DNA of 29,493 nucleotides from a virus (Duplodnaviria; Heunggongvirae; Uroviricota; Caudoviricetes): IMG/VR virus record IMGVR_UViG_2537561932_000024, positions 1 to 29,493 of that record; one strand, 5' to 3'. Shown piece by piece: positions 18,171 to 29,493 of this stretch (position 1 is its first letter; each line of letters starts with the position of its first letter). The notes under the pieces were generated by a model. It saw only the letters and a program-made list of their open reading frames with translations, ran no database searches and was not told where the DNA came from. The position numbers and the translations under genes were made by a program.

Positions 18171-20336
18171 TTATTGAGGTGTCTCGGCTACTCCGCCGGA
18201 GGGGATTTGAACTTGACGCATAAGATTCGCGAAATCCATGCGTTGTGAATGAGTCTGGTCTGCATCTTTAAGAAGCAGCTCAGCGTTAGCACGAGCATCT
18301 TTGCTGCGCTGTTGCTGGAATTGACCTACGAGCTTGAGGTACTCACGCAGTTCTGCCTGCTTGTCGAGGTCCATATTGTTGAAGATTTCTGCAATCTTCG
18401 CGGCGTTGAGTTGGTTCTGGGCTTCAACCTTGGCAGCTTCAACCTGAATCTGCGCCTGTTGGTTCTCTGCCTTGAGCAATTCAGCCTGACCTTGCAGAAG
18501 GATGCCCTGCGCCTGAATTTGCTCTGCTGATGGCTGCTGCGGCTGTTGTTGTGCCTGCTGCACCATCTCCATCTCTTCAGGTGTTTCTGGTTTCTTCAGC
18601 CCCATCATCACCAGTTGCTTGTTCGCGTACTCTCGCATCATCTCGACGCCTTTACCGTCAAGCAGCGTGAAGTATTGCAGCATCAGCATCTGGAACTCTG
18701 GAGTACCTTGCGGAACCTTGGTGAGTAACTCCTGAATCTCTGCGCGGTTCTGTTCCTTCATACTCTGGAAGGATGGTCCAACGTCTGTGTAGCACTCATA
18801 GCGACCGCGAATGTCGTTGAGTGTGACCACATTGCCGGACTGGTAATCTACAACTTGCGCATAGAGTTGAACGTCTTTCTCGCTTCCATCTTCAAGTGTC
18901 AGCGTTACATGACGAGGAACGTCATAAATATCGTTGACCATTGAGGCATAAATCTCGCCATCACGTCGCATTGCGGTAGCCAGGTTATCCTGAAACACGT
19001 ATGTCTCAAGGTCTGCCCGCGTGTTCAGTTGATTGACGGTATCGAAAGCGACCTGACCATTTGCCGCCTGCGCATCCACGCCAAGACTAGCCACCTCTTT
19101 CACTGCGTTGGTGGCAGCCTCAAGCATGTAAGCGTTGGCTTGCGGCACTTCAGGGTTTTCCATGTAGGAGATTGGACCAATCGGCAGGTCGTTACTGTTT
19201 TCATCGGTCCTGTTCTGGAGATAGTACGGATAGTCATCATTTCCACCGTACATGTATTCGTAGCCTTCGATTTGCTCAGGGAAGAAGATAGGTTTCTTCT
19301 TCGGTGAACGAGCAACAATATCGGCGTTGAACGACATGATCATGTTACGAAGGCGCTGACCGTCTTTCGTCAGCCTTACCACTCCTTCGTAGCACTCCTT
19401 GTCACCAGCGAATGACCATTCACCATACACTGGAACGATTGGAATATGCTCTCCGGCTATCTTCTCGCGGTCTTTCAGTATCTTCGTGCAGGTGATGATC
19501 GACTTATACACACGCCGACGCTTCACCTTGCGCTCTGCTACCTTAATGAATCCACGATTAGCCAGGTCGTCGATGACGTCTTTGATATCCTGCTGGTAAT
19601 AGCTGACCGGCTCACCTGTCAGCGGGTCGCGGTAGATGAAGACTTTTTCTTTCTTCTCTTCGACCTCGTAATACTCAGCGACGTAGACGACATCATTCGA
19701 TACCCACGGAAACAGCCATGTATCGTTCGGATTCTGGAAAGATGGCAAGGTGTCCGGATCAATACCGTAATCCTCTGCGAACTCTTTCCAGCCATTGCGC
19801 GACAAGGCGTTAATCACCGTGCAGTGCTTAGCGTCGCTCTTATCCATCTGCTTGCTATTGGCGTCCCATATGACGTGTGAGCAGGCTTCATGGATTGGCA
19901 GGCGTCTGATTACCTGATTGTTGCTTGTTGGGTCGTTGTCTTCGTACTGTGTGACCAGACGCCATGCACCAACGCCGGACTCTATCTGCTCACGAACGCC
20001 AACGTTAACGGCAATCTTTGCCGTGTTATGGCGCATATCAGTACGATACATCCCCATCAACAAATCGGCTGCATCAGGATTAGCGCCGTCTTTGGGTCGG
20101 AAGAGAACGTCGATAGGGTTCCGGCGCATCTCTGCGACCAGTTTCCTGACCACCGGGCGAACAACATCGAATTGTCCGCGATATTGCAGGGTAGTGTAGT
20201 TTGATAGCCAGTCATCCCATTGCGACACTCGGCTAAAATACAGGTCATTTGTCGCCTCGGTTCTGGCTTCATCGCTCGCCATCCAGTCCGCGTCAAACTT
20301 ACACAGAATGGAATTGAGTCTGTTTTCGTCGGCCAT
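18171..20336 (-). CDS. Portal protein, P22 gp1 homolog
   Basis: 721 aa; long C-terminal Gln-rich coiled-coil barrel region typical of P22 portal; N-terminal sequence matches recalled gp1. Confidence 0.95.
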   Translation of the reverse strand: MADENRLNSILCKFDADWMASDEARTEATNDLYFSRVSQWDDWLSNYTTLQYRGQFDVVRPVVRKLVAEMRRNPIDVLFRPKDGANPDAADLLMGMYRTDMRHNTAKIAVNVGVREQIESGVGAWRLVTQYEDNDPTSNNQVIRRLPIHEACSHVIWDANSKQMDKSDAKHCTVINALSRNGWKEFAEDYGIDPDTLPSFQNPNDTWLFPWVSNDVVYVAEYYEVEEKKEKVFIYRDPLTGEPVSYYQQDIKDVIDDLANRGFIKVAERKVKRRRVYKSIITCTKILKDREKIAGEHIPIVPVYGEWSFAGDKECYEGVVRLTKDGQRLRNMIMSFNADIVARSPKKKPIFFPEQIEGYEYMYGGNDDYPYYLQNRTDENSNDLPIGPISYMENPEVPQANAYMLEAATNAVKEVASLGVDAQAANGQVAFDTVNQLNTRADLETYVFQDNLATAMRRDGEIYASMVNDIYDVPRHVTLTLEDGSEKDVQLYAQVVDYQSGNVVTLNDIRGRYECYTDVGPSFQSMKEQNRAEIQELLTKVPQGTPEFQMLMLQYFTLLDGKGVEMMREYANKQLVMMGLKKPETPEEMEMVQQAQQQPQQPSAEQIQAQGILLQGQAELLKAENQQAQIQVEAAKVEAQNQLNAAKIAEIFNNMDLDKQAELREYLKLVGQFQQQRSKDARANAELLLKDADQTHSQRMDFANLMRQVQIPSGGVAETPQ

Positions 20337-21836
20337 TTAAGTTCTCCGTGCGATGGGCCTGATTGGGGCTGGTATCTTTTTCTCTTTTGGTTTTTTGATG
20401 TCGCGCATCATTTTGGCGAAGCGGCGCATCATGTATGCATAGCGAACGGCTGAGAGAACATCGTCGTTAAGCTTGACGATCTTCCCGTTTTCATCACGGT
20501 GATAGAGGCGGAACTCCTCAAAGAATGGCTCACAGGTGTTGAATACTTTGAAGCGACCATCGAGCATCATGTCGCGCAATTCAGTGATGCCAGGCTCCAC
20601 AGCATTACCGCCATCAGGCCATGTCGCATGCTCCTGCAACATCATAAAACCAGCGTCGGCATACTGCCCTTTGAGCTGCTCACCGCCGCCCTTCTCATGC
20701 TGGTTTCCGTCATGAGGCCATGCGGTTGGCACTTTATGCGCCCATGATTTAACGGCTCCCCACGCCTGAACGGCTGTTTTTTCTTTCGCCTTCCACACGC
20801 GTGAAACGTAGATTGTGTCTGCGTCCTTATCCCACCAAAGCTGAACCTGCGCCTGTGGGTGATCCCATCCGAAATCCATCCCGCCAATTACGTAGAAGTG
20901 ATCAGGACACTCGAACGGCTGACACTTAATCGTCTCTTCCGGTATCTGGAAGATTCGACCGCTACCCATCGTAGGAATACCGCGAGCACGCGCCTCTCTC
21001 TCATGCTCTGGATAGGATGCGATGATTTGCTCTTTCTGCTCGTCGGTATAGTGCTCAGCGTCATAGATGGTCATGTTGACCACTTTCTGCGACTTGCTGG
21101 GATTCTTCAGGAACTTGGTAACAACGTCAGACATCCCCATCAGCGGGGTAAACGTCAGAATTGAGAATTGCCCGTATTTGTTGGTACGGGTAAGACCTTC
21201 GCCATAAATGCTGTATGGTGGCTCTTCGTCAAACCACACGCCGTGGATTGTGTCCCCCTGCCAGCGAGCACGGCCTTGCGAGTATGGTTTGAAGTAGCAG
21301 ATTGAAATGCCATCTTCAACGCCATCAGCCGTGTGATGCTTAACCAGAAGGTGATCAACAAGGTTCGGAAAGAAAGGAGACTTCTTCCAGCTAATGATGT
21401 CCTCTTTCGGTATGGAACCGTAGCCAGGCTCACCATTCTCTTCGATACGACCGCACAGGATGCGTTGAGTAGTTTTGGTTACAGTCTCGTTTGTCTCGCC
21501 GCCAATCCAGAAGACAACAGGCTCATAGAAACGCTTACCTTTCCACTCCCCGCCATATTTACCATCAGCCGGATAGCCTTTTGTTCCCGGATAACGCCCG
21601 GTAAGGTGAAACGCGACTTCGGCAGCACCAGTAAATGACTTACCAAGCTGGTTACCAGCCATAAAACAGCGCTCTGGATAGTCATGCCCGGCGTCGATGA
21701 ACTCACGTTGTTTGCTGTATGGCGTAAATTCATATAGCAGGTGTGTGTTACGGTAGTTCTCTTCTTCTTCGAGTAGCTCGAGCAATTCGATTTGCTCTTC
21801 GTCGCTCAGGTTATCAAGAATCGCGTCCAGTTCCAC
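20337..21836 (-). CDS. Terminase large subunit, P22 gp2 homolog
   Basis: 499 aa; [29 protein letters not shown]...; ATPase and nuclease regions consistent with P22 TerL. Confidence 0.95.
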   Translation of the reverse strand: MELDAILDNLSDEEQIELLELLEEEENYRNTHLLYEFTPYSKQREFIDAGHDYPERCFMAGNQLGKSFTGAAEVAFHLTGRYPGTKGYPADGKYGGEWKGKRFYEPVVFWIGGETNETVTKTTQRILCGRIEENGEPGYGSIPKEDIISWKKSPFFPNLVDHLLVKHHTADGVEDGISICYFKPYSQGRARWQGDTIHGVWFDEEPPYSIYGEGLTRTNKYGQFSILTFTPLMGMSDVVTKFLKNPSKSQKVVNMTIYDAEHYTDEQKEQIIASYPEHEREARARGIPTMGSGRIFQIPEETIKCQPFECPDHFYVIGGMDFGWDHPQAQVQLWWDKDADTIYVSRVWKAKEKTAVQAWGAVKSWAHKVPTAWPHDGNQHEKGGGEQLKGQYADAGFMMLQEHATWPDGGNAVEPGITELRDMMLDGRFKVFNTCEPFFEEFRLYHRDENGKIVKLNDDVLSAVRYAYMMRRFAKMMRDIKKPKEKKIPAPIRPIARRT

Positions 21837-22308
21837 GGTTGAATAGCTCCTTGATACGAGAGCGCCGCTTATCGCGATCTCCCTTATCAGGTGTCACGTC
21901 TTCAACTTGCGACTGCTCTTTGAGGCCCAAATCACGGGCGATGATGTTAGCGTTGAGAAGGTCAGCGGCTGCGCCAGAGAATTTCTGATCGTAGATGACC
22001 TGCTCTGCTCGCGTAACGACTTCAGATAAATCTTCTCGCAGGCGATATGTGCGCCATGTTTCAAGCGTCACATCAATGAACAGAGTGAGGCCGGTAATGG
22101 TCATCGCTCGCATCTTGGCGATAGGCTCTTGTATCACTTCACCCTGATACGAGAACGCCTTCATCTCCCATAGCGGGTTAGCTTCCACCCACTCGAAGTA
22201 TTCACAACAAGCAGCCCACAGCTCCTCAGGCGATTCGAATTTAGGATTTCGCCCATGACTACTGCGGGCCTCCCAAAATCGGTTGCCCTTTGGTGCTGCC
22301 ATATTCAT
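21814..22308 (-). CDS. Terminase small subunit, P22 gp3 homolog
   Basis: (M)[49 protein letters not shown] closely matches recalled P22 gp3; true start may be the Met at 22302. Confidence 0.9.
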   Translation of the reverse strand: MNMAAPKGNRFWEARSSHGRNPKFESPEELWAACCEYFEWVEANPLWEMKAFSYQGEVIQEPIAKMRAMTITGLTLFIDVTLETWRTYRLREDLSEVVTRAEQVIYDQKFSGAAADLLNANIIARDLGLKEQSQVEDVTPDKGDRDKRRSRIKELFNRGTGRDS

Positions 22309-22325
22309 CTCACTTAGTTGTTATT

Positions 22326-22505
22326 TCAGGTTAAGGACTCTTTCGCGCTTTCAATCAGTGACTGCTTCAGCAATTCAAGTGTGCCAATCGCCTCGCATAA
22401 ACTGATTTCACCATCGTAATCATGAATGACGCTTTCCAGCCGCTCGTATAGCTCTTGAGTAATTGGGAATTTCTTCTCCTTACCCAAATTGATTACGCGG
22501 CTCAC
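22326..22505 (-). CDS. Small hypothetical protein (GTG start), absent from the ORF track
   Basis: 59-codon open frame beginning at a GTG 1 nt after the stop of the 80-aa ORF; found by manual translation; no motif. Confidence 0.3.
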   Translation of the reverse strand: MSRVINLGKEKKFPITQELYERLESVIHDYDGEISLCEAIGTLELLKQSLIESAKESLT

Positions 22506-22506
22506 A

Positions 22507-22749
22507 TCATGCTCCGGTAGTGAACAGGTCTAACGCTTCCTTAGATTTACGCACCGCTTCAAGTGTGCGGATCGTGATATCTGAATTAGCGCCGCCTGAC
22601 TGGAAGTGAATTTTGAATAGCTCAAGCTTCAGTTCGTCAGTGCCAATGAACTGAAATGCTTCCTCCGCGGCTGCGTTCTGGTTCATGACCAGTTTGTAAA
22701 TCTCTAACTGGAATTTCTGTTCTTCAGTCATGGGAATAATCTCTGCCAT
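22507..22749 (-). CDS. Hypothetical 80-aa acidic protein (P22 orf80-position)
   Basis: 80 aa ORF with ATG start upstream of TerS; position and size correspond to a conserved small ORF of P22-like phages (recalled, not verified). Confidence 0.5.
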   Translation of the reverse strand: MAEIIPMTEEQKFQLEIYKLVMNQNAAAEEAFQFIGTDELKLELFKIHFQSGGANSDITIRTLEAVRKSKEALDLFTTGA

Positions 22750-23005
22750 TGTTGGCTCCGTTTATCCGTTAAAAGGGATATCAGTTAAGTTATCCCGTGT
22801 AGGGTATAAGCCATTGTCGAGACCACTCATTGAATGGTCTCTGCAATAACCGATGTCTTTCCATCAGTCCGCCACCACAAAGAATCTTTTTTGCCATAAG
22901 GCTGGAGGTTCATCTTTCAGTGGCTGCCAGTGTTATTTCCCCACTTACTGGCTTGGGTTGTTTCGCGGTACTGCCGTAATGCAAAAACTGGATTAACCTG
23001 CGAAA

Positions 23006-23536
23006 TCACACCATTCCGGGCAAATACATTTGCACTTCATTTGCCGCTCTCTCACGTGCAACATGAAGCAATCTTTTTCGCCCACCAACGCCCCACTTAG
23101 CCATTTGGCTTGCGCACTGGCTTATCGCTTTGGTTTCAGTATTGATGATGTGATCGATTCTATTCAGACGGGACATTGCGCCAACGCCGAGACGGACAAC
23201 CGTTTTGAAAACTTCATAAACTTCGATTTCAAATTCCGGCTTAATCCATGCTGCATATCTGATTGCCAGAAGTTCAACACCCCACACACCTGGTTCTGCA
23301 CCACCTTTGATTGTTTTAAGTGGTTGAATTTGTTCCAAAGTGCTTTTTTGCACTTTGGCCTCCAGTGCTTTTATGAAGCGTTTTATCTGCGCGCTACGCA
23401 AAAACTGGCTTGGGCGCTGTTGCTCTGTAGCCTCTCCATTTGCAACTGCTGCTGCATGGAGATCGTTTAAGTTGTAGCGTCCATCCTCATCAACACGAAC
23501 GGACACACCATTGACAATAACTGTTGGGTACTTCAT
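23006..23536 (-). CDS. KilA-N domain protein
   Basis: 176 aa; N-terminus VIVNGVSVRVDEDGRYNLNDLHAAA fits the KilA-N/APSES-like DNA-binding pattern (recalled family signature). Confidence 0.55.
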   Translation of the reverse strand: MKYPTVIVNGVSVRVDEDGRYNLNDLHAAAVANGEATEQQRPSQFLRSAQIKRFIKALEAKVQKSTLEQIQPLKTIKGGAEPGVWGVELLAIRYAAWIKPEFEIEVYEVFKTVVRLGVGAMSRLNRIDHIINTETKAISQCASQMAKWGVGGRKRLLHVARERAANEVQMYLPGMV

Positions 23537-23680
23537 CAGTGATTACCTTTTAGTGATGAACCTTGTCACACAGGATTCCGGCCCACAGAAAGGCACCGAT
23601 CACCAAACCGGCATCCTCAAGGGTCATCCTGAAAGGTTCTGTGTTCAGAAGTCGCGCGTGTGAAGCGCGTTTACTGCGGA

Positions 23681-23705
23681 CATAAAAAAGCCCCGCATCG
23701 CGAGG
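23681..23705 (-). terminator. Rho-independent terminator after the lysis cassette
   Basis: Minus strand GCCTCGC-GAT-GCGGGGC (one G-U pair) followed by TTTTTTAT; about 35 nt downstream of the Rz stop. Confidence 0.5.
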
Positions 23706-23738
23706 CTCATTAAATGGACTTTGTGATTTGCAAAAAAA

Positions 23739-24176
23739 TTATTTCAGGCATTGCGTCCTGATGTATTCCTGCAGATAGTTAACCTGCGCGGTTATCCTGT
23801 CGATTCCACTTCTGAGACGGTAATAATTGAGTTCAGCATCTGCTGTAAGTCTTGGGCTTTCTCCATCGCCCATGCTGCTGGCTCCGGTCGTTGACTTTGC
23901 ACAGGTGGCGGCGACTTGCAGGCGCTTACGCCCAGCAGAAACATCAGCACGGAGACTTTCGATAGTCGCGTTAGCATCAGCAAGCTCCTTTGTGTATCTG
24001 GCGTCAAGTTCTGCTACATCACGTTGACGCTTCTGCATGTCAGCGATTGTGGATGTGGCTTTATCTCGCTGCTCTTTGTAGGCGATGGCGTTATCACGGT
24101 AATGATTAACAGACCATAACAGGCAGACGATGATGCAGATAACCAGAGCGGAGATAATCGCAGTGACTCTGCTCAT
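23739..24176 (-). CDS. Rz: i-spanin Rz
   Basis: 145 aa; N-terminal TM then periplasmic coiled coil; start overlaps the endolysin stop; lambda-type. Confidence 0.9.
   Translation of the reverse strand: MSRVTAIISALVICIIVCLLWSVNHYRDNAIAYKEQRDKATSTIADMQKRQRDVAELDARYTKELADANATIESLRADVSAGRKRLQVAATCAKSTTGASSMGDGESPRLTADAELNYYRLRSGIDRITAQVNYLQEYIRTQCLK
23792..23977 (-). CDS. Rz1: o-spanin Rz1 (lipoprotein), embedded in Rz in the +1 frame
   Basis: Start taken at [20 protein letters not shown] (lipobox LLGVSAC), followed by a Pro-rich segment; the track ORF begins 10 codons earlier. Confidence 0.75.
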   Translation of the reverse strand: MLTRLSKVSVLMFLLGVSACKSPPPVQSQRPEPAAWAMEKAQDLQQMLNSIITVSEVESTG

Positions 24177-24649
24177 ACCTCAATCTCTCTGACCGTTCCG
24201 CCCGCTTCTTTGAATTTTGCAATCAAACTGTCAACCTTATGCTCGAACTGACCGTAACCAGCACCCGGCAGTGAAGCCCAGATATTGCTGCAACGGTCGA
24301 TTGCCTGACGGATATCACCGCGATCAATCATCGGTAAAGCGCCACGCTCTTTAATCTGCTGCAATGCCACAGCGTCCTGACTTTTGGGGGAGAAATCTTT
24401 CAGGCCAAGCTGCTTACGATAGGAATCCCACCAACGGGAAAGAAGCTGGTAGCGCCCGGCTGCTGTTGATTTGAGTTTTGGGTTTAGCGTGACCAGTTTG
24501 CGAGGGTGATCGGAGTAATCAGTGAATAGCTCTCCGCCAACAATGACGTCATAACCATGATTTCTGGTTTTCTGTCGTCCGTTATCAGTTCCCTCTGACC
24601 ACGCCAGCATATCGAGGAACGCCTTACGTTGATTATTGATTTCCACCAT
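24173..24649 (-). CDS. R: Endolysin R (lambda-type lytic transglycosylase)
   Basis: 158 aa; [49 protein letters not shown] near-identical to recalled lambda R. Confidence 0.95.
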   Translation of the reverse strand: MVEINNQRKAFLDMLAWSEGTDNGRQKTRNHGYDVIVGGELFTDYSDHPRKLVTLNPKLKSTAAGRYQLLSRWWDSYRKQLGLKDFSPKSQDAVALQQIKERGALPMIDRGDIRQAIDRCSNIWASLPGAGYGQFEHKVDSLIAKFKEAGGTVREIEV

Positions 24650-24956
24650 CTTCTACTCCGGCTTTTTTAGCAGCGAAGCGTTTGATAAGCGAACCAATCG
24701 AGTCAGTACCGATGTAGCCGATGAACACGCTCGTTATATAAGCGAGATTGCTACTTAATCCGGCGAAGTCGAGAAGGTCACGAATGAACCAGGCGATAAT
24801 GGCGCACATCGTTGCGTCGATTACTGTTTTTGTAAACGCACCGCCATTATACCTGCCGCGAAGGTACGCCATTGCAAACGCAAGGATTGCCCCGATGCCT
24901 TGTTCCTTTGCCGCGAGAATGGCGGCTAACAGGTCATGTTTTTCTGGCATCTTCAT
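24633..24956 (-). CDS. S: Holin S (class I, dual-start MKM)
   Basis: 107 aa; [48 protein letters not shown] near-identical to recalled lambda S; upstream CCCC/GGGG stem at 24961-24980 resembles the S translational control structure. Confidence 0.95.
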   Translation of the reverse strand: MKMPEKHDLLAAILAAKEQGIGAILAFAMAYLRGRYNGGAFTKTVIDATMCAIIAWFIRDLLDFAGLSSNLAYITSVFIGYIGTDSIGSLIKRFAAKKAGVEDGGNQ

Positions 24957-25075
24957 GTCTTACCCCCAATAAGGGGATTTGCTCTATTTAATTAGGAATA
25001 AGGTCGATTACTGATAGAACAAATCCAGGCTACTGTGTTTAGTAATCAGATTTGTTCGTGACCGATATGCACGGG

Positions 25076-25111
25076 CAAAACGGCATGAGGTTGTTAGCGC
25101 AACCTCCTGCC
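25076..25111 (-). terminator. tR'-like rho-independent terminator between the tRNA genes and S
   Basis: Minus strand 12-bp stem (GGCAGGAGGTTG / CAACCTCATGCC, one mismatch), 6-nt loop, then GTTTTG. Confidence 0.45.
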
Positions 25112-25198
25112 ACCCGCTTTCACGAAGGTCATGTGTAGAAGGCCGCAGCGTAACTATCACTGATGAATTCAGGATAGTCAGTGGCTACGGCCCAGTTA

Positions 25199-25274
25199 TG
25201 GTGCTGGTTAACGGACTTGAACCGCTACCCATTCGCTTACAAGGCGACTGCTCTACCATTGGAGCTAAACCAGC
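25199..25274 (-). tRNA. tRNA-Thr (anticodon UGU)
   Basis: Hand-folded from the minus strand: perfect 7-bp acceptor stem GCTGGTT/AACCAGC, D-stem GCTC/GAGC, anticodon loop CTTGTAA, T-arm with TTCAAGT loop, encoded ACCA 3' end. Not checked with a tRNA-finding program. Confidence 0.75.
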
Positions 25275-25279
25275 ATATT

Positions 25280-25354
25280 TGGCGGGACAGCGTGGACTCG
25301 AACCACGATAAGAAGGTTAACAGCCTTCCGTAATGACCTTTATACGACTGACCC
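25280..25354 (-). tRNA. tRNA-Asn (anticodon GUU), possibly slightly degenerate
   Basis: Hand-folded: anticodon stem GAAGG/CCTTC with loop CTGTTAA, T-arm CGTGG-TTCGAGT-CCACG, encoded GCCA 3' end; the acceptor stem has one T:T mismatch (position 4:69) and the D-stem one weak pair. Confidence 0.6.
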
Positions 25355-25409
25355 AAATAAAAAAGCCACCGTTGCAACTTAAGAGTCACTAACGGCAGCT
25401 TACCCTCTA

Positions 25410-25439
25410 ATTATGGCTAAATGGCTAATTGCATGTCAA
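25410..25439 (-). promoter_or_regulatory. Candidate late promoter (pR'-like) immediately downstream of Q
   Basis: Minus strand TTGACA (25434-25439) - 18 nt - CATAAT (25410-25415), overlapping the 3' end of Q and upstream of the tRNAs and lysis genes. Confidence 0.5.
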
Positions 25440-25935
25440 GGTTTTTAACAGCAACATGCTTAACTTTCTCAACACATTTACGCATTTTGAAAGCATTTTG
25501 CATTGGTTGGTACAAAACAAATAATGACGCTTTCAGGATGTCGTCAATTTCGTTTCTACAGGTTGCCAGTGAAGGTTTTCTCCATCCCTCGCCACCACGT
25601 CCACACATCTTGCGTGGCTTTGCAGTCGCGTGATAGTAGGATGCAATTGCTCGCTTAGATGAACCATGAGCGTAGTAGCTGAGGAGGATGCCAAAGGCTT
25701 TTTTGTCAATGTACATGACGGAATCGACGACCTGAGAAATCAACATTCCATCATCATCATTGCACATTGGCCTTGTCATAACTCTTCCCGGCTCTACGCT
25801 CTCCATGAACTTCGCTATTACGCTGCTCATGCGCTTTTCCAAGCGACCTGAATAAACCCATGCGCCCCACAGTTCAAGCCAGCCATTCAGCCAATCGTGC
25901 TGTTCTTTGGTGAGGTTTAGTTCTCTTATGCCCAC
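25417..25935 (-). CDS. Q: Late-gene antiterminator Q
   Basis: 172 aa; position between nin genes and the late promoter/lysis cassette; sequence (e.g. [15 protein letters not shown]) consistent with the phage antitermination Q family as recalled. Confidence 0.8.
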   Translation of the reverse strand: MGIRELNLTKEQHDWLNGWLELWGAWVYSGRLEKRMSSVIAKFMESVEPGRVMTRPMCNDDDGMLISQVVDSVMYIDKKAFGILLSYYAHGSSKRAIASYYHATAKPRKMCGRGGEGWRKPSLATCRNEIDDILKASLFVLYQPMQNAFKMRKCVEKVKHVAVKNLDMQLAI

Positions 25936-26597
25936 GCGCCTTCTCCCTGTACCTGAATCAATGTGAGGTTTCCGCAGAACACTGCGCCGGTATCGATATA
26001 CATCTGGTTGGCAAACTTGAGTGGTTTCACTGCTGGCGTATGACCAAAGATGAACGTGTCCGCTCCTTTGATTTCTTTCACGATCCCGTCTTGTGAGTTG
26101 CTGATTCGTTCGCGGTTCCAGATTACCTGCTGATGATCAACTGGCTTTCCAAACTCGTATTCGTCACAAGGATAATCGGCGTGGCAGATGACATATTTTT
26201 TACCTTTGCTCACCAGTTCAATGATTAACGGAAGTTCATCTGCTTTATGGGCAAGAGCTTTAGCCAGAATTTCTTTGTCGTAATCGAGATTAAAGAACCA
26301 GCCACCGCCATTAAGCAGCCAGTGATTGACGTTTCCACGCTCTGATAAGCCATCAATCATCATTTGCTCATGGTTTCCACGTACAGCTCTGAACCAGGGG
26401 AATGTGATTAATTCCAGACATTCGACGTTCTCTGTACCGCGATCAACCAAATCGCCCACCGAGATAAGCAGGTCTTTTTTGGTGTCGAATCCTATCGTCT
26501 CCAGTTTTTTCATCAGGTTCGTGTAGCATCCGTGCAGGTCGCCAGCTACCCAAATATTTCGGTATTTGCTGCCATCAATTTTTTCGTAATAGCGCAT
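25926..26597 (-). CDS. ninI: Ser/Thr protein phosphatase NinI (lambda PPase)
   Basis: Start taken at [28 protein letters not shown] (GGAG SD upstream); GDLHG, GDLVDRG and GNHE metallophosphatase motifs; near-identical to recalled lambda PPase. The track ORF begins 25 codons earlier. Confidence 0.9.
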   Translation of the reverse strand: MRYYEKIDGSKYRNIWVAGDLHGCYTNLMKKLETIGFDTKKDLLISVGDLVDRGTENVECLELITFPWFRAVRGNHEQMMIDGLSERGNVNHWLLNGGGWFFNLDYDKEILAKALAHKADELPLIIELVSKGKKYVICHADYPCDEYEFGKPVDHQQVIWNRERISNSQDGIVKEIKGADTFIFGHTPAVKPLKFANQMYIDTGAVFCGNLTLIQVQGEGAWA

Positions 26598-26781
26598 CTC
26601 TTTCACTCCATCCGCGATGAACCATGAGAACGTCGTTGACGATGGCGTGCATTTTCCCGTCTTTATCATCAACGTATTTTCTGACCGTACCGCGACTACA
26701 TTTCAGTCTGCGTGCTACTTCTGTCTGGTTTCCGTATGCTTCAACGAGCATGTCTGGAATGGTTTTTACTGAGAACGTCAT
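26575..26781 (-). CDS. ninH: NinH
   Basis: 68 aa; [37 protein letters not shown] matches recalled lambda NinH (HTH-like). Confidence 0.85.
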   Translation of the reverse strand: MTFSVKTIPDMLVEAYGNQTEVARRLKCSRGTVRKYVDDKDGKMHAIVNDVLMVHRGWSERDALLRKN

Positions 26782-27389
26782 GCGGCCTCACTTCTGCTAT
26801 TTCGCAGGTCTTTGAGTTTCTGCTGATACTCCGCCTTGATGGCCCTGCCCTCTTCGACAGTCCAGCGATGGCGGTTATGGTTTGATTCGATTTCGTCTAC
26901 TGCTTCCTGCCCGATGCGATTAATCAGTTCGACGCGATACGGAACGAGATTTCCGCTTTTGTGCTGGTTGCACACCACGCATTGCTTGTGAATATTGCGT
27001 TCATCAAATCGGAGTTGAGGTGCCGCAGCAGTTGTCCGGTAATGTCCGGCATCCCACTGAGCAGACGTGAGCGTTCCGCACGAGATACATGGTAAGTCGC
27101 GGTCTCTTTCTCTGATGAAGGCGTTTACGGCTTGTTGGGCTTGTTTAATCCAGTAACTGCGGGGCTTTAAGGCGAGTTTTCGAATCTTAAGTTTATCTTT
27201 CTGTTTCTGATCCTCTCGTCGTCGTTTCTTCTCTGCTGCTTTTTCCGCTTTTTCGCGTTCTTTACTTCGTCGTTCGAGTGCTATCTTGGTTCCACACTCT
27301 GGAGAGCACCACCACTGATTGGCGAATGCAGGGTGAAACCATTCCCGACATTCATCGTTTTTACATCGTCTTCGCGCTGGTTTAGCCAT
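26778..27389 (-). CDS. ninG: NinG (Rap-family recombination protein)
   Basis: 203 aa; Cys-rich N-terminus [20 protein letters not shown]...WWCSPECG and later CISCG...CVVCNQHK, typical of lambda NinG. Confidence 0.9.
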   Translation of the reverse strand: MAKPARRRCKNDECREWFHPAFANQWWCSPECGTKIALERRSKEREKAEKAAEKKRRREDQKQKDKLKIRKLALKPRSYWIKQAQQAVNAFIRERDRDLPCISCGTLTSAQWDAGHYRTTAAAPQLRFDERNIHKQCVVCNQHKSGNLVPYRVELINRIGQEAVDEIESNHNRHRWTVEEGRAIKAEYQQKLKDLRNSRSEAA

Positions 27390-27558
27390 CGTCTTCTTCC
27401 TCGTGCATCGAGCTATTCGGATCGCTCATCAGTTCTGCGCAGCAGTGCTCACACACGTGAACTTCCAGCACATGCAGCTTCTGACCGCAGTTAGCGCACG
27501 TTAAAGCTCGCTCGACGCTTTCTTTCTGGTATTGAAGGGATTGGGATGGGCTAAGCAT
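27382..27558 (-). CDS. ninF: NinF-like small zinc-ribbon protein, absent from the ORF track
   Basis: Manual translation gives 58 aa [58 protein letters not shown] (CxxC...CxxC); its stop overlaps the ninG start; position matches lambda/P22 ninF. Confidence 0.6.
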   Translation of the reverse strand: MLSPSQSLQYQKESVERALTCANCGQKLHVLEVHVCEHCCAELMSDPNSSMHEEEDDG

Positions 27559-27976
27559 TATTGGCGTCCTGCATCATGAGAAATACAATCATGGCGGCGC
27601 GGAGTGGAGATTCACCGCAGAAGTAGTAGCCAGGAATATTTTCCCATTCCCAACAACCTTCCTCTAAATCACCTCCTGACCATGCGCACCATTCTTTTTC
27701 CGCTGTCATCCACATAGTGCTGATTTTGCTTTCAGTGATAATTGGCCACGCGTATTCAGGATTATTGCAAGGATTGAAGCAATTTCCGTTTGAAGAACGG
27801 AAGCCATTAATATCCCTTTTTTGCGTCTGCCAAATAGGACCTCTTTCGTCAGTGGGGATCTCAGAATCGAAGTCTGCTTCGTCATCAGGTATGAAGAAAT
27901 GCTCCTCCATATCTAAAGCCTCACATACTCGTCTGTTAATTTCAAAATCACTTAACTGTGAATAATCCATTGTCAT
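27551..27976 (-). CDS. Hypothetical nin-region protein, Cys/Trp-rich
   Basis: Start taken at the Met at 27976, whose ATG overlaps the upstream small-ORF stop (ATGA); 141 aa; no motif recognised. Confidence 0.55.
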   Translation of the reverse strand: MTMDYSQLSDFEINRRVCEALDMEEHFFIPDDEADFDSEIPTDERGPIWQTQKRDINGFRSSNGNCFNPCNNPEYAWPIITESKISTMWMTAEKEWCAWSGGDLEEGCWEWENIPGYYFCGESPLRAAMIVFLMMQDANNA

Positions 27977-28149
27977 TTCCTCGCACGATGTCTTAGCCAC
28001 CGGATATCCCACAGGTGAGCCGTGTAGTTGAAGGTTTTTACGTCAGATTCTTTTGGGATTGGCTTGCGTTTTTTTCTGGAGCGTTTCGTTGGAAGGTATT
28101 TGCAGTTTTCGCAGATGATGTCGGTGAAACTTCGTCGCTGTCGCCTCAT
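27973..28149 (-). CDS. Small basic protein (CxxC, Lys/Arg-rich), translationally coupled to the methyltransferase gene
   Basis: 58 aa from the internal Met ([30 protein letters not shown]...); its ATG overlaps the Dam stop and its stop overlaps the next start (ATGA in both cases). Confidence 0.35.
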   Translation of the reverse strand: MRRQRRSFTDIICENCKYLPTKRSRKKRKPIPKESDVKTFNYTAHLWDIRWLRHRARK

Positions 28150-28668
28150 GCCGCCCTCCTGACGCCCTGCCCGATCGCCATCAATGCCGCTTTGGATACG
28201 GTAGTAAACATCCGTCGAGGACTGATGAACGGTCGCCAAATCAGCAGCATGGAGCCTTTGCTGTTTCCCTTCTTCTCCAGCCCTGTCGATGGTTCGATAA
28301 AATTAATCCGTCCATCAGTGATAATGCGAACTTCGTCGACACTCTCCAGAGCCTTGCTGAACCATCCGACTGACATATCCTCTGGCACAAGCATAACTAC
28401 CGTCTGTCGCTGTTGTATACACTGCTCAGCGGCTTTTTCCACCCACGGCCTGATATTGCTGTACGGTGGGTTATTCCAGATTGCACCGTGGCTTACCCAC
28501 TCAGAATTGAGCGCGTCGTCGGCCTCAGTTAGCCAGTGAGCGCACAGAGCGTTTTTGTCGCTCGCTGCCGAATCCAGCCAGAATCCAAACTCAATATCCA
28601 GTGCATCAAAAAGCCAAAGCGGCGTCTGCCAGCAGTCTCTAACTTCTTTTGGTGTTTCTGATTTATGC

Positions 28669-28676
<8 letters not shown>
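28146..28676 (-). CDS. Phage Dam-type DNA N6-adenine methyltransferase (orphan)
   Basis: 176 aa; [17 protein letters not shown] near the N-terminus and NPPY catalytic motif (IWNNPPYS); no adjacent restriction-endonuclease candidate. Confidence 0.8.

Positions 28677-29493
<817 letters not shown>

Noticed and set aside
7793..22308. Numerous 60-150 aa plus-strand ORFs within the virion operon (e.g. 14821-15105, 17465-17683, 19446-19880, 19890-20204)
   Set aside because: All lie antisense to strongly supported structural genes, lack SD sequences and show low-complexity translations; typical shadow ORFs.
22750..23005. 256-bp intergenic region with a GAGACCA...TGGTCTC hairpin, considered as a pac site or CRISPR-like repeat
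   Set aside because: Only a single short inverted repeat with no direct-repeat array; P22-type pac sites lie inside the small terminase gene. Likely a promoter or regulatory spacer; nothing firmer could be supported.
25100..25198. Possible third tRNA next to tRNA-Thr
   Set aside because: Contains an acceptor-like inverted repeat (GGCCGTAG / CTGCGGCC) but the intervening sequence is too short and lacks D, anticodon and T arms; more likely a hairpin or degenerate remnant.
26598..26672. N-terminal extension of the ninI ORF (track start 26672)
   Set aside because: The lambda phosphatase homolog begins at MRYYEKIDG with a GGAG SD; the upstream 25 codons overlap ninH and lack homology.
28015..28539. 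174-aa plus-strand ORF
   Set aside because: Entirely antisense to the Dam methyltransferase gene and the small coupled ORFs; no SD or motif; shadow ORF.

Overview
The window is most of a P22-like (Sf6/HK620/CUS-3-type) podovirus prophage from an enterobacterial host, mosaic with lambda-type lysis and nin modules. All calls come from reading the sequence and ORF translations and from recalled protein families; no database search or computation was run. Left to right: a complete P4-type integrase (+ strand, starting at base 1), an AT-rich membrane acyltransferase (Oac-like, + strand), then on the minus strand the tailspike, the immI region (ant, an extra small membrane protein, arc, with Oarc/Omnt operators and divergent mnt on +), three small AT-rich + strand moron genes, and the complete P22-type virion operon (gp16, gp20, gp7, gp14-like, gp26, gp10, gp4, coat, scaffold, portal, TerL, TerS) interrupted by a free-standing HNH endonuclease gene. 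Further right (all minus strand) are orf80-like and KilA-N genes, lambda-type Rz/Rz1-R-S, two tRNA genes (Thr-UGU, Asn-GUU) in the late leader, Q, ninI/H/G/F, a Dam-type methyltransferase, a second HNH-like gene, and the 3' end of an IS21-family element (istB) running off the right edge. The att site, replication and immC regions are outside the window. The most interesting unexplained content is the cluster of small membrane or RHH-like proteins around mnt and arc (6030-6299 and 6795-7775), followed by the two HNH endonuclease genes and the chimeric tailspike.
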